Source: Phoronis australis (taxonomy: Eukaryota > Animalia > Phoronida). Taken from it: a stretch of DNA of 64,000 nucleotides. Made by a program: the position numbers and the translations under genes. Below are positions 1 through 13,800 of this stretch, piece after piece. Each line of letters opens with the position of its first letter. The stretch's first letter is position 1. The notes beneath the pieces were generated by a model. That model was given only the letters and a program-made list of their open reading frames with translations. It was not told where the DNA came from and did no database searches. The stretch spans positions 1 through 64,000 of the forward strand of contig NMRA01000296.1 in NCBI GenBank assembly GCA_002633005.1, given 5' to 3'.

Positions 1-85
1 GGCCGTGGCCGTGGCCGTGGCCGTGGCCGTGGCCGTTGCCGTTGCCGTTGCCGTGGCCGTGGCCGTGGCCGTTGCCGTTGCCGTG
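1..85. repeat. Hexanucleotide microsatellite (GCCGTG/GCCGTT)n, truncated by the window edge
   Basis: About 14 tandem GCCGTK units read directly; they produce the spurious (VA)n ORF at 5..202. Confidence 0.9.
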
Positions 86-109
86 GACAACAAACTTGAT
101 TGCAGAAAT

Positions 110-850
110 ATTTTGATTAAATGTAAGACAACAGCATCACATTTGAGCCATGTAAAACTTACGCCTAAAATAAGGCATAGTGATAGTTTTAGTAATAAAT
201 AACTTTTGTTAAATCTATTTCAAAATAAAAATCCAATTACTGCAAGACTGCGTGTTGTATGGACACAGCGACTTACTCGACAATTAACGTATTTTAGAAA
301 AAATTGTGATATAAGATTTATTCATACCACAGGCAAAGACTTCAAAAAAGGTTAGTACTTTGCTGTGTCTGTTGCCCGATATCCTGCTATGTATATTAAG
401 CAATGTCATGGCTGTTCCGCGAATCGTTTTGATAACTGTGTACAGAAACGTGTTATTGATGTCGTCCAGTGGAATATCCTTCGTATTACATTTATTTAGT
501 AACCAAAGCACATTTCAAAGGTTTTGACGGCAATCACCTCGTGTTGATCCCAGAACGTCCAGTCCACCACATGCATGCTTTGTTCCAACATAAACCCGGG
601 CGACTGCTTGGTTGATACTCGATAGAAACATGTGGGTATGATGGGATACGATAATTTTTATTGCAGATATATTTTGAGTAAATCTAAACAGCATCAAAAT
701 TTGACCGTGTAAAACTTACGCTTAAGATTAATATTGTGATAGATTGAACAAAAGTTAACCAATAATATTTTAAAATAAAAACCTTATTACAAACTGCACG
801 ATCAAGGAAACTTGAGATCGTATTCATTCATACCACAGGCAATGACATTG
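110..850. repeat. Degenerate local direct duplication (~510-560 bp offset)
   Basis: tgtaaaacttacgc occurs at ~151 and ~708; attcataccacaggcaa occurs at ~320 and ~826. Confidence 0.6.
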
Positions 851-1290
851 AAAATTTAATTCAGGTGACATCAAAACAGGTAAATACGTTGTCTTAGGGT
901 CTATTTACAATAATGAGCCTCAAAACAGTACACAGAGTACCTTCAAACTTATAAAAAAGTTATAAAACGCTTGAACACATAAAGATATGAGATATTGAAC
1001 ATGTCCAAATTCCACCAGTCGGAGCGTGATATGCATTGGAACACATAAAGGAATAAAACTTATTATTGACAGGGAGACTACAAATATGGTATTTTATAAA
1101 TACGCAGAAGGCTTGAACATAGTTTTCTCCGTTACCGTGAGATGTCACAGTCATCCATAATATGGTATCACCAAATGTTCCATCTATTGCACAGCCTTTA
1201 AAGGTTCACCATATTGCTAGAAGTACTTAACAATTAACTTTTAAAACACATGCATAACAGTACCCCCATGATAGTGATATTCAAGTTCAT

Positions 1291-2430
1291 GTGGTAATGA
1301 AAAACAATCCCACTGCAAAGATTACTCGAGCTGAACTCATGGAGCTATTCAAATTTGCTACCAGTAAAAACCATTTTGTATTTAATGGGGAGGTTTTTAA
1401 CCAAATTGATGGTATAGCAATGGGCTCACCTTTGGCTCCCATACTAGCTGACATGTTTTTAGGTCACCATGAGAAAACATGGATTGAGACATACACTGCT
1501 CCTCGCATCTATTTCTATCGACGATATGTAGATGATGTGTTTTGTATATTTGAAAATCAGCAGTCAGCCCAGGAATTTTTGGTGTATTTAAACTCGTGGC
1601 ATCCTAATTTGAAATTCAGTATAGAATTAGAGGTCGATAACATTTTGCCATTTCTGGACGTCTTAGTGCAGCGTGAGGGTATCTCAGTGATAACATCAGT
1701 ATTTCATAAGAAGACCTACACAGGACTGTACACTTGTTTTCATAGCTTCACATCCTTTGTTTGTAAAGTAGGTCTCATTAAAACTCTAATAGACAGGGTA
1801 TATCGCATTAACAACACTTGGGCTAGATTTGATTCTAATATTAAAGAACTTACAACGAATTTGCAAAAGAATGGCTATCCCCTAGAATTAGTCAATAGGG
1901 TACTGAAAGCAAGACTCCAACGTAACCCTGATGATGTTCATCCCGTAGACAAAACTAACTACAAGTACTTTAAAATACCCTATGTTGGGTTTTACGCCAA
2001 AATTGCTCAACGAAAACTAAACAAATTGGTGAATGATTACTGTGTGAACTTAAGAGTTGTATTAACATTCAAGTCTCTAAAACTGTCGAATTTATTTAAC
2101 CCTAAGGACAAAATTGCCATGGGTCTACGGTCCAATGTAGTATACAAATTTATCTGTGCTGGATGTGCCTCCAGTTATATAGGCGAAACTGTTCGCCATT
2201 TGAAAACCAGGATCAAGAAACATCTAAATTCTGACAGAAATTCACATGTTAATATTCACCTACAGAGCTCCAATCATTGTTATCAGCAGTGCTCTTTCAA
2301 TGACTCTGCAATAATAGACCAGGCAGTAACAACAAAGGAGCTTAAAATTCGTGAGGCTTTACACATCAGTTGGAGCAAGCCCAATCTCAATAGGCAACTG
2401 ACACACCACAGGTTGTCATTGTTGGTCTAG
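1291..2430 (+). CDS. 5'-truncated Penelope-like element ORF: reverse transcriptase C-terminal half plus GIY-YIG endonuclease
   Basis: RT motifs QIDGIAMGSPLAP and YRRYVDD, LPFLDV, and GIY-YIG VVYKFICAGCASSYIGETVRHLKTRI; uninterrupted 379-codon frame lacking the RT N-terminus. Confidence 0.95.
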   Translation: MVMKNNPTAKITRAELMELFKFATSKNHFVFNGEVFNQIDGIAMGSPLAPILADMFLGHHEKTWIETYTAPRIYFYRRYVDDVFCIFENQQSAQEFLVYLNSWHPNLKFSIELEVDNILPFLDVLVQREGISVITSVFHKKTYTGLYTCFHSFTSFVCKVGLIKTLIDRVYRINNTWARFDSNIKELTTNLQKNGYPLELVNRVLKARLQRNPDDVHPVDKTNYKYFKIPYVGFYAKIAQRKLNKLVNDYCVNLRVVLTFKSLKLSNLFNPKDKIAMGLRSNVVYKFICAGCASSYIGETVRHLKTRIKKHLNSDRNSHVNIHLQSSNHCYQQCSFNDSAIIDQAVTTKELKIREALHISWSKPNLNRQLTHHRLSLLV

Positions 2431-2513
2431 TTCATTGTCACTCCCTGTAACTGACTGTATCTGTGCTTCATTACTTGTTGCTGGGCCTATAGCTAGGTGG
2501 CCACTGTATTATC

Positions 2514-2559
2514 ACTTCTGAGGATGGTGTTTAATAAATGACACCGAAACATGTCAAGT
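2514..2559 (+). ncRNA. Minimal type I hammerhead ribozyme in the Penelope pLTR
   Basis: ACTT-CTGAGGA-T-GGTGT-ttaataaatg-ACACC-GAAA-CAT-GTC-AAGT: CUGANGA and GAAA core, stem II GGTGT/ACACC, palindromic stem III ACATGT, GUC cleavage triplet, stem I ACTT/AAGT. Confidence 0.88.
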
Positions 2560-5500
2560 TTTAAAACCGTTGTTGTTTTCTTGAATATATGCTGCTATTT
2601 GCTATCATGGAGATATTATGATTGAAACACGCAGGAGATACTACACAGACGATTAAATAGTCATTCAAAAGTGATCTAAGCCCATCCATGTCCTGTTTGA
2701 AACTACTTCATGGAAGAGCCAAAGCCTCTCGAAAGGATCCAAAACGTTTGGCAATGGCCAGTTTCCTGGTACTAAAAGTGTGCTGCTCCCCTGTCAATGG
2801 TTTTGCATCACTAATTTCTGGTCTCATGGATTGTCGAACTATCTAGCATTCCTTTCAGTCGGACTTGTGAACCTTTGGCTTGACAGGACCTTTCCAAAAA
2901 TTCTAATTTGTTGTATCATAGGCGTTATAACACTTGAGAACCTTCAGAGTATCGAGCTGTGTCTTATATATACTAATGCATTATGAAACGTAAGCAACGT
3001 TACTTTACTTCTTCCATTTTGGATATCCGTAGGTCCCAACGTATCGTGGGTATGGGTATGGCGTGTAAATAGATAAAAACGTGTATTAATAAAATTTTAA
3101 AAAACAGTCCGCTTCTGCTTGTGAAATCTGCAAAGGAATTGAATTAACACCATTCAGCATGCATTTTGGGGGTCTTGAACGTAATTTGGGTTCAGTCATG
3201 CCGTTGTTTTAGTATGTTAGGGCTTGTTTTAGAGTGTAAGTGTAATTGTTAGTCGGGATTAGAAAGAGCGCTAGCGTCTGCACAATTGTACCACCAAGAC
3301 TTGCAACAAATGTCTAGTGTAACAGACTTGATGGATGTATAGAGATCTATTCATTTGAAGTACATGTGCGTCATCACATCCAAACACTAATACTTGAGAA
3401 CAACCCAGGGTACAACAAAACTACAGTCAACTCTTAAGAACTATTACAATAATCTGGAAACCACACAGTTGTCACCGGTGGAGAGCTGTAAATTCAAGAC
3501 CCAAATGTTATCAATAACATAATTCAATCAGCACTATCGTCCTTCATGTATCTGGAAAGACAGCATCTTACAGCGTGCGCTCTCACGGAAGTGCAACTTC
3601 CGGTTCTTTTTTACCTTTCCGTCTCCGGTTTTATTTTGTGTCGGTTATCGGCGACATCTTAGGTTCTCTTCCAGTGGTAGCGAGGTCAAGGTGCTGCTTG
3701 CTCAGGTCCTGTATGATCCTAAAAAAGTCTCTATATTTCTCTCTCAGTTTGAATATTTAAATTCATCTCAGAAATAGCTGTTAGTGTGACCGCTGTTTTA
3801 CTATCAATGAGCTCTGTCTTTTGCTAAATACTATGATTTTTGAGAGAATGTGAGCTGAAACCAGGCGAGAAAGAGTGTAAATGAAAAAAGAGATGCCTGA
3901 ATGACTGGCGATTAGATGTTTCACTTTACCTTTCTATTTTAAACAAACTCGCATGCAGTCGAAACAAGTAACTTCCAGGAGATTTAAAGCTTAGCAGCAC
4001 CATACCTTTTGTCTCTGGTGTCATTAGTGTAAGTGGTACTGCAGCACATTTCGTACCACGTCACTGTTCTCAGCGTCAGATCCTGCATGCTAATGGTATA
4101 CTAGTCAGCCAAAGTCCAGTGGATCGACGAAAGGCCAAGTCGCTAAAAATCGACAATGAGGTTAAAAGGAAATCAACACGCCCGAAGTAGTAAAATCTAT
4201 ATGTCTTCAAATGAAAACTAGAAATTAAGAAAGGTATGACTTAAGGTATAAATTCACGATTTTTAAGTCTTCAAATTCGAAGATCAACACAATTCCTAAA
4301 CCCCATTAGTTCGAAAGCTAAAAGTTCAAACTTTCATGACACGAGGTTCCGAACGGCGATTTCGAGCAAAATATTCGGTAATTTGGAAGCACATGCCTGC
4401 TTGACACTAGTTCTTCGAAGAGCCTGTGCCTCTGGAAAGGAGGCAAACAACGTGGTTACCGCCACTAAAGTTTTGCTGTTCCGCTGCTTTTGAGGTTTCT
4501 GGTATCATAAATCTTGAAACCAGTTTTGATCTAACTAGCTTTCTTTTCTGTCGGAGTTGTAAACACTTGGCCAAATAGGGTCTTTTTAAAAACATTTCAT
4601 TTTCCGTATCATTGGGTGTCAGGACATGAGAACCTTCAGAGTGCCTGGCTGCATCCAAAATATATAGTGGCATTAAACGGAAACAACGTTAGTTCACCTA
4701 CATAACTTTCGTCTTAAATCCTTCGTCATCCGTTTTGGTTATCCGAGGTTCACAGCGTATCGTTGATGTACGGTTATACCGCGTAAATAGACAAAAAAAC
4801 TGTATTAATGAACTTTTCAAACAATCGAAAAATCCACAGTTTTCAATTTGCCACTCGGAGATCAATTGAAAAATCCTTGTCTCTACGCCGATAGAAATCG
4901 GTCACGGGAACCATTGTTCATCTCCATCTGGTTGTGGCATCTCCAGAAGAATTCAAATAAGAGCAATCAGCACGTATTTTGTTACCTTGAACGTCCTTTG
5001 GATTAATTCATGCCGTCTTTCCTGGTATGCTATGGCAATTGTTGGGCGGGATTAGAAAGTGCGTTAGCGTCAACGCGAAAGCACAAGCAAGAAAATTAAC
5101 AAACGTCTAGTCCAAGCGAATTGTAAATACAATTGACAAATGGGCAGATCTATTCACTAGAGTAAATGTGCGTCATCACGGCCTAAGCATTAATACATGA
5201 GTAGAACCAAGGGTACAACTAAAATGCAGGCAACACTTGAAGTCTATTACAACGAAATGGACACCAAACACTGTTAACAGGTGAAGACCAAAGTGTTATC
5301 AATAACGACAGTTACCCCTATCGTGCTTCATGCATCGGGTAAGACAGTACCTCATGGCATGTGGCCTGACGCAAGAGGCAACTTCCGGGCTTCTGTTACC
5401 TTTCTCACTCTGATGTCTTTTTGTGTTAGTGGCTCAGTGACATGTTTGGTTTGTTGCCAGTGGTGGATCCTGCTTGTTCAGATCCTGTATGACCCTAAAA

Positions 5501-5877
5501 GAAGTGTTAAGTACATTTCTCAGAAATAGCTCTTCAGATTTGTGTGAAACATTCAAATACTATTATTTAAACGTCGTTCACAAAACGAAAATGAAATGAT
5601 CATATTTTAGATTATCAACAGTGTTTCTGATACCACTTCTGAAATATTTTATCAAATGAAATTTGATATTGTTATGAACACTGTTGTTTTACTAATAATT
5701 TGCCTTTTTCTTTTGCTAAATTTTGCAGTTTTTGAGAGATTGTGCCCTGGAACCAGGTATGAAACAGTGTACATGAATGAAGACGGTGCCTGAATGAGTA
5801 GCGAATAGAATTTTCACTTCATTTTTCCGAATCAAACAAGTTGCACATAGGAGTACACACGTCCAGGACGTTTACAG

Positions 5878-6980
5878 TGTTGAAAATCATTTATTAGTTT
5901 AAAGTGTACGCAGCATGACTCTAGTACCTAAAAATAAATTTTATTATTATATCTTACTTGATTTCAGTGCCTTTAGTGCACAGCTCATAAAGAAACACGT
6001 AAAAATTGAAAAAAAAAATAATTATGTACAACGTCATGGGTTGAACCCAAGTCGTTCGGCACACTGTTCGGACCAGCAACTAAGCGTATAGAGTGAATTG
6101 AAAGTAAAGTATATTTAGCGTCGAGAAGGTTCGTAGAGGGATGAGAAGATGTGTTTGCGGAGGCTGCAGCAACAACAGTCAGTGTTCCGAAGGACGCCAA
6201 AGTTGCGCAGTAGTGGCATCGCTTCGTGCGCCGAACGAGAATGTGGGACCTCAGCGTTGACCAAGCGATTCTGTCCGGAGCCACTCTGTGTTCTGCCCAC
6301 TTAGAGGAGACGTGTTTCGACTCCAATCAGAGGAGATGTTACGATGAAGGCCTGGTTCAATAAAGGACATTATTTACTATTCAGAAACATCGGTTCTTTA
6401 TTCAGGATCGTCTGTTGGATGACTGGGTTGACTGGCCGAGCCCGAGGCCGCTTCTCTCGCGGGAAGATCCAGTCCGTAAGGCCTCAAAGTAGAAAAGTAC
6501 GCAGCTGAAAACATATCAAACTCGTTCTCGCTTTCCTGCAACCCCATTTCGTCATCCTAGCCACCATTCTCGTACGTTTCTTCATAGTATTTGTTCATTT
6601 GTTGCTCATAATCGTTGTCGCTTTCAAATTCCCTACTCTCCGCCGTTGTTCAATGCTAGTCGCTGATCTCTTGTGTTCAACCCATGTCCCATGGCGGGAA
6701 ATGTGAAAATTGGCAAATTTGAAAGAGAAATCAAAATTTCGAGCTAATGACACAAAATAATCATGGATTTGGCTAAATTTTACGTCATACATTTAGTCTG
6801 TGGCCACTGATAATTCGAAATGCGCAAAAATCCATGTTTAAGTTCCTTCTTCGTTACATCGACCGCATTATTACGATTAGTTGTTTCGTTGTAGTTAGTC
6901 TTTTTTGCACAATAGATTGGGTCATTCTCACGATGTGTTGTGGTTTCATTTTTGAAACCAAAAAGTGATATATTTCAACA
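5878..6980. mobile_element. 1.1 kb TG...CA-bounded insertion (solo-LTR-like) with 5-bp TSD, carrying a THAP pseudogene
   Basis: TACAG|TGTTGAAA...TTTCAACA|TACAG; the satellite sequence resumes on both sides. Confidence 0.75.
6141..6363 (+). pseudogene. THAP zinc-finger pseudogene (transposase N-terminus)
   Basis: MRRCVCGGCSNNSQ / frameshift / PKDAKVAQ*WHRFVRRTR...ATLCSAHLEETCFD, matching the C2CH, P and W residues of THAP. Confidence 0.8.
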
Positions 6981-9960
6981 TACAGATGAACTGCACCACA
7001 CCGTTTGACTCATAGTTTCGTCATAGTGGTCCTGCAAAACATTTGATATATTGTCACTGCTGGCAACTTCAGTTATCACACATGGATGGTATATTAGTCA
7101 GCCAAAGTCCGGTTGTTGGACACTGGGACAAGTCGCTAAAAATGAACTCCTTGAAAGTGATGAAGCAATACGACCTCAATTGAAATCTACAAGTGAGAAC
7201 TGTTTGGGCAGAAGGTATGAAATCACGGTATTCCTCGGTTTCAAGGTTAGCTAGACCAAGAATCCATAAATCTTAATATCCACTGAAGTCCGAAAGTTTA
7301 TCATTTTCAAAAGTAAACGTTCGATCTTTCAGGACACGAGGTTCTGAAAAGTGATTTCGTGAAAAAATTTGGGGTTAGTCTCTATACACGTGCCGTTTGA
7401 AACTAGTGATTCGAAGAGCCAGTGCATGCTTCTCAATGGGATCCAAACAAATTTTGTCAATGCTTACTGAGCTGCTACAGTTAGTGACATTATCAAATTT
7501 TGGAATACATCCAGTAAAATTTTGCTGCTCTGTTGTCAGACCTTGTCAATAGTTTCAACTAGACCTTCTTTTTGTTGGATTTGTGAACCTTCGGACAAAA
7601 GGTCCTTTTGAAAACGTTTTCATTTGTCGCATAATTTGCCTTCTAACTTGTACACCTTCGGAGTATCGAGCTCTATCCTATTTATACCAATGCATTATGA
7701 TTCCCAAGCAACTTCTTAGCTTTAGTATTCGGTTGTGAATTTTCTTCTTCCATGCTTCTTCTTCCGTTTTGATTATCCGTGGGTTGCAGCGTATCGCTGT
7801 TGCGTGGGTATGGCGAGTCAATAGACAAAAAAACATGTATTAACAAAATTTTTGTGACCTTTTACGTTATCTGGATTTATTCATGTTGTCTTTCTGGGTA
7901 CGTTTGGGCTTCTGTCAGTAGGTTAGTGTAATTTTTAGTCGGGATTAGAAAGAGCATCAGCGTCAACGCGAATACACGAGCAAGACAATTAAGAAACGAG
8001 TGGTTCAAGCGAATGGTGATAGATTTGATGGATGGAGAGGTGTATCCATTTAAAGTACATGTGCGTCATCACGAACCAAACACTAAAACCTGAGTATAAC
8101 CCATAGTACAAGTAAAATACAGCCAAAACTTAAAATATTTTACAACGACGCGACCCGGACACCACACAATTGTCTTAGGTGGAGAACTGTAACTGCAAGT
8201 GCCACCCAGACTAAAATATTATAAATAACAAAAGCTACAGTATACACCACTGTCGTCTTTCATGAATCGGTAAGACAGCAACTCATGGCGCGCGCCCTTA
8301 CGTTTAAGCAGCTTGCGAGACGTTTTTACCTTTTCCACTCTGGTGTTATTTTGTGTTCGTGGTTCAGCAACATCTTTGGTTCACTGCCAGTGGTGGCAAG
8401 GCCATGGTCTTTGTTGTTCGAAGCCTGTAAGACCCTAGAAAAGAACGTCTACGTTTCTCTAACGTTGTATCTCAGAAATGACAGTTCAGGTTGATGTAAA
8501 ACTTTCAAATACTATGATTTAAACACCGTTCAGAAAACGAAAATGATAAGAGCATATTTTATAACTTTAACAGAATTCAGAGATGACTTCTGGAACACCT
8601 TCATTAAATTAAATTCGATCTTGTTATTTATGCCAATGTTTTACCATTAATGTGCTTTTTGTCCTAAGCTAAATTTTATGGTTTTTTGAGAAATAATTTA
8701 TTGTGCCCTGAAACCAGGTGTGAATTGATGGGTCCTAGAATGCACATACGGTCAAAGCAAGTAACTTCCAGGATGTTTACAGCTTAATGGCACCATACTT
8801 TTTGGATATGGTGTCATTCGTGTAAGTGGTCCTGTGGTTTCATCCCACTGTTTGCAACGTCAAATCCCGCATGCCGCATGCTAGTGGTATATTAGTCAGT
8901 CCAGTGGTTCGAAGAAATTTGGCGAAGTCTCTAAAAACCTACAATAAAATTCAAACGAAGTCAACCCCTTGGAGGCAATGAAATCGTATGATCTGAATTG
9001 AAATCTACGAGAGAGAAAGAGTGTGAGCAGAAGGTATGAATTCAAGGTATTCATTGTTCTGAAAGCTTAAACGTCCAAAAATCTATAAATTCGAAGGTCC
9101 GCACCAGTCCGAAACTAAAAGTTAGAACTTTCATGTATCAAGATTTTGAAAAGTTGTTTGGAGAAGAAGGTTCGGGTGTTTATATGCACGTGCCTATTTG
9201 AAACTACTTTATGGAACCCTGAGAGCCTGTCGGAAGGATCAAAACAATATTCGGCAATGTGCAGAGATGTTGCATTTATTTACATTTTCAAATACTTGTT
9301 TACCACCACTACAATCTTGATGCTTCCTGTCGATGGCTAAATCACGTTTCAGGTATAATAGACCTTCGGACTAGTTTCGAACTAACTATCTTTTCTTTCA
9401 GTCGTATTTTTGAACCCTCGGGGTTAAAGGGCTCTTTTAGAAATATATGCAATTGTCAGACAAAATATTTTGGGATATTAAATACTCGAAGAGCCAGTGC
9501 CTCTGGAAAAGATCCAAACACAGCAATGTGCACTGAGCTTTCGCTTTCATTTACATTTTCAAACTTTGTTTTACCACCACTAAAATTTTGCTGCTTCGCT
9601 GTCGTTGACTTTGAATAACCGGCTTCTGGTTTCGTGGCCTTATTTCGGACAAACTAACTTTCTTGTCTGTCGGAATCGTGAACCTTGGGCCTGATAGGGC
9701 ATTTTTAAAAACATTTTTCGTTTCTCGTGTTATGGGTGTTTAGACTTGAGAACCTTCAAAGTATCGAATTGCAGTTATTTATATTAATGCAGTATGAAAC
9801 GCAACCAACGTTAGTTTACCTTCATAATTTTTATTCTAAATCCTTCTCGTGTTTTGGTTATCCGTGGGTCGCAGCACATCGTTGGGGTATGTGTATGGCT
9901 TGTAAATAGACAAAAACGTGTATTTTACAAACAACTGACAAAATCAAATTTTTCAATTTG

Positions 9961-10856
9961 CCACCAAGAAGCGCCACAGTAGTCAATTTCGTCGGAGCAA
10001 GACCATCAGCCGACCTTTTTACAGTAAAAACATGTATGCCAATGTTTAAAATCATCAGTAGAGTGGTTTGGTCGACAGAGAGGCGAACGACAAAAAGACT
10101 CGAAAACTGTAAAAAAAAAAGCCGCTAGGTGCCGCAAAATACTCCCAATCCATCCGGAAATGAAAGATGGGCACCATTTCACTAATATATGCCTATGTGC
10201 CAAATTTTGTGAAAATCCGTCGAAGAACCTTTGAATATACAAACTTTAGGTAAACTTAACAAAAAATTTAAATTGCCACTAGGAGGCACACCGGTAGTCC
10301 AATCCGCCCTGAAATCGTTGTCATCTTCATATAAAGATACTTGCTAAATTTAATAAAGATCTTGCAGAGCCATGGGCTGGGCGCAAAATCAACGGAAAAT
10401 GCCAATAGGAGGTGTCACGATAGTCGAAGTCGTCGGAAAGCCGTTGTCAGCTGCCTTCTTCATAGTAAGAACATATATGCCAATTTTCACAATCATCCTT
10501 AGAGTGGTTTGATTGATGGAGAGGTAGGTGCCAAAAATATACTAGAGGGCAGTACAATTTGTCATTAGGTGTCATCCGAAAACGAGAGGATAGAGTCATC
10601 TTATTGGCCCATAAGCCAAGTTTTATGAAAATCCGATGACCTTTGAAGAAACAGAGATAAACAAAAAAATGCCACCGGTAGGCGGATCCGTCCGAAATTC
10701 TTCGTCAACTGTCGTCAGCCTTATAGAAGCACATCTGCCAAATCTCATCAAGATCCTGTGAGGATTTAAGAGATACAGCTGTGGACGCCGTATCCCGGAC
10801 AACCGGGCAGGCAGAGATGACAAACATTCACATATAAATATGTGGGCGAATAAAAA
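9961..10856 (-). mobile_element. Truncated Helentron-associated element (HINE/DINE-1-like)
   Basis: Homologous to 16141-17785; ends in palindrome cacatataaatatgtg plus subTIR gtgggcgaat and an A run; ggac-rich tract nearby. Confidence 0.7.
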
Positions 10857-13800
10857 TGTCTACATTTCTCTAACTTTAAAGCTTCGTATCAGAAATAGCT
10901 GTTCAAATTTATGTAAAATTTCATTTCTATGATATAAATACCTTTTATAAAATGAAAATGAAATGCTCATATTTTAGAGCACTAACCGTATTTCACATCT
11001 GGATCATTTTCTTCAAATGAAATTCGGTCTTGTTAATGCCAGTGCCTTACTATCAATGTGCGCTTGGTTTTTGTGTTAAATTCTATGGTTTTTGAAAAAC
11101 TGTGTCATGAAATCAGGTGTGAAACAGTGTACATCAATAAAGTCAGATGCCTGAATGACTGGCGACTAAATATTTCATTTCGCTTTTCCAAATCAAAGTG
11201 TCGGTCTTTGATGACTCACAGGAGTACAAACGTTTAGTAAAAACCAGAAGATTCTATGATATTTACAAGTGAACGGAACCTTGATACCATCTCATGGTGC
11301 ACGCCCTCAGAAAAGAAACAATTTTCTGGATTTCTTACCTTTTCGACTCTGGTGTCATTTTAAGGTGATGGTTCAATGCTATCGTTGGTTCATTGACAGT
11401 GAGGGCCAGACCAGGGTCCTGCTAGTTAAGATCCTGTATGACTCTAGAAAAACGTCCAGAAATAGCAGTTCAGATTTAGGTAAATCTTTCAAATGCTGTG
11501 ATTTAAACTCCGTTCACGAAACAAAAATGAAATGATCATATTTTATGACATCAACGGTGTCTCTGAGATCACATCTCGAAATTTTTCATCAAATAAACTT
11601 CGATTAACTTACTGAAACCGTTGTTCAACTAGCAATTTGATATGGCCTTTTTTAAAACGTATTACGGGTACGGATTTGACTACCTTAAACATATTGAGCT
11701 GTACACTATTTATAGTAAATGCAATATGAAACCTTCATAAGTTGCACCTTAAAATCTTTCGGAATTCGTTTTGATTATCCGAGGGTCATGGGGGTATTGT
11801 TGGGGGTTGGGTGTGGCGTGTAAATATACATAACATGCATTGATAAAATTTACAAATAATAAAAAAATCGACTGTTTTCAATTAACCACACGCACATCTA
11901 TTGAAAAGACCTTGTCCTTGTCAAACTGTTTTAGAACTAATAAGCTTTTTCTCGAAATTGTGAACCTTCGGCCTTATAGCACCCTTTTAAAAATGTTTTC
12001 ATTTGTTGTATGATGGGTAGGGATTTAAGAACGTTCAAGGTATTGAGCTGTACACACTGCAGTATGAAACCTAAGTAACGATACTTTAGCTTTGTTATTT
12101 TCGTCTTAAATCTTTCTTCTTTCGTTTTGGTTAAAGGAAGGGTATGGGTATGGCGTGTAAATAGGAAAAAAGTGTATTGATCAAATTTACAAACAATCGA
12201 CCTATCAAATGCTTTCAATTTGCCGTACGCAAATCAATTGAAAAATCTTTCTCCCTACACCGGCAGGAATCGACCACGGGAAGCACTGCTCAGCTTCATC
12301 TTGCTTCTGCATCGGCACAGGGATTCAAATATTCCCTTCAGCATGGCTTTTGCGAACTTGAACGCCATTTAGATTAATTTGTGGTGTATGTCTTCGAATG
12401 TTAGGGCTTGTGTTTGTATGTTTGTGCTTTGTTGGGCGGGATTGGAAAGTGCGTTAGCGTTAATGCAAATCCACAGGCAAGAAAAGTAACAAACCTCTAG
12501 TCCAAGCGAATGGTAATACCATTGATAGATGGGCAGACCTGTCCATGGGATTAAAAGTAGGTCATCGCGGCCTAAGCTTTTATACCTTAGAAGAACCCAT
12601 CGTGCAATTAAAAACCAGCCAACACTTAAAATATTTTACAGCGACCTGGAAACCACAGTTGTCACAGGTGGAGAACTGTAACTGCACCTATCAGCAAGTC
12701 CAAAACGTTTTAATAACGAAATTTACACACCTTTATCCTCTTTTGTATTTTGGATAAGATAGCATCTTATGGCGCACGTCCTGATGGAAGAGGCAATTTC
12801 CGGGAGTTTTGATTTTTCCGACTCTGGTATCGTTTTGAGTTGGTGGTGCAGCGATACCTTTAGTCCGTTGCCAGTGGTGGCGAGGTCAAGATCCTTCTAG
12901 TTCAGATCCTGTATGACCCTAGAAAACTGAGCGTCTACATTTCTCTTGATTCAAAGGTTGCTATCTCAGAAATAGCAGTTCAGATTTATGTAAAACGTTC
13001 ACGTACTATGATTTAAACGTCTTTCACAAAACGAAAGTGCAATAATCACAATTTGGAACATCAACATTGTTTCTGAGATCACTTCACGAAACTTTTCATC
13101 AAATGATTATCGATCATATTTTGACACGGTTGTTTAATTAACAATGGGTCTTCGGTTTTTGCTAGCTTTTAATGGTTTTTAGGAGAACATGCCTTGAAAC
13201 TAGATGTGAGTCATTGTGAATTAATAAAGACATATGCCTGAATGACTGGCTAGTAGATTTTAAACTTCCCTTTTCCATATCGAAAAAATGTCGGTCATGT
13301 TTTGATGACACACAGTAGCACAAACGTATAGTAAAACCTAGAAGCTTCTATGATGTTTACAAATTAACGGAACCTTGACTCTTGTGCGATTCGTGTCAGT
13401 GGTCCTGCAGTACTTTTGGTATATTGTCATTGCTCGCAATGTCAGATCTCGCAAGTTAATGGTATACTGGTCAGCCAAAGTCAAATATTTCGACGAAAGG
13501 CCAAGTACCTAAAAGACCTAAAATAATGATAAAAGGAAGTCAACCCCTTGGAAATAATGAAATCATATTATCTGAACTGAAAACTACAAGTGAGAAAAAT
13601 TGTGGGGTAAAGTTATGAAATGCCGGTATTCCTTGTTTTCACAGACAAGCAAGTAAATAAATCCATCAATATCCACACAAGCCCGAAAGACTATTAGTTC
13701 GAAAACAAAAGGTTCGAATTTTCATGTCACGAAGCATTTTGAACAGTGATTTTGAGCGAAATGTTTGGAGAGTTGTAAGCACGTGGCTTCTTAAAACGAA

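Larger units (their letters stand above)
1291..2625 (+). mobile_element. Penelope-like retroelement (5'-truncated, with 3' pseudo-LTR region)
   Basis: RT-GIY-YIG ORF followed by a 3' region containing a hammerhead motif; ends approximate. Confidence 0.9.

Noticed and set aside
5-202. (VA)n ORF
   Set aside because: Translation of a hexamer microsatellite; no other coding evidence
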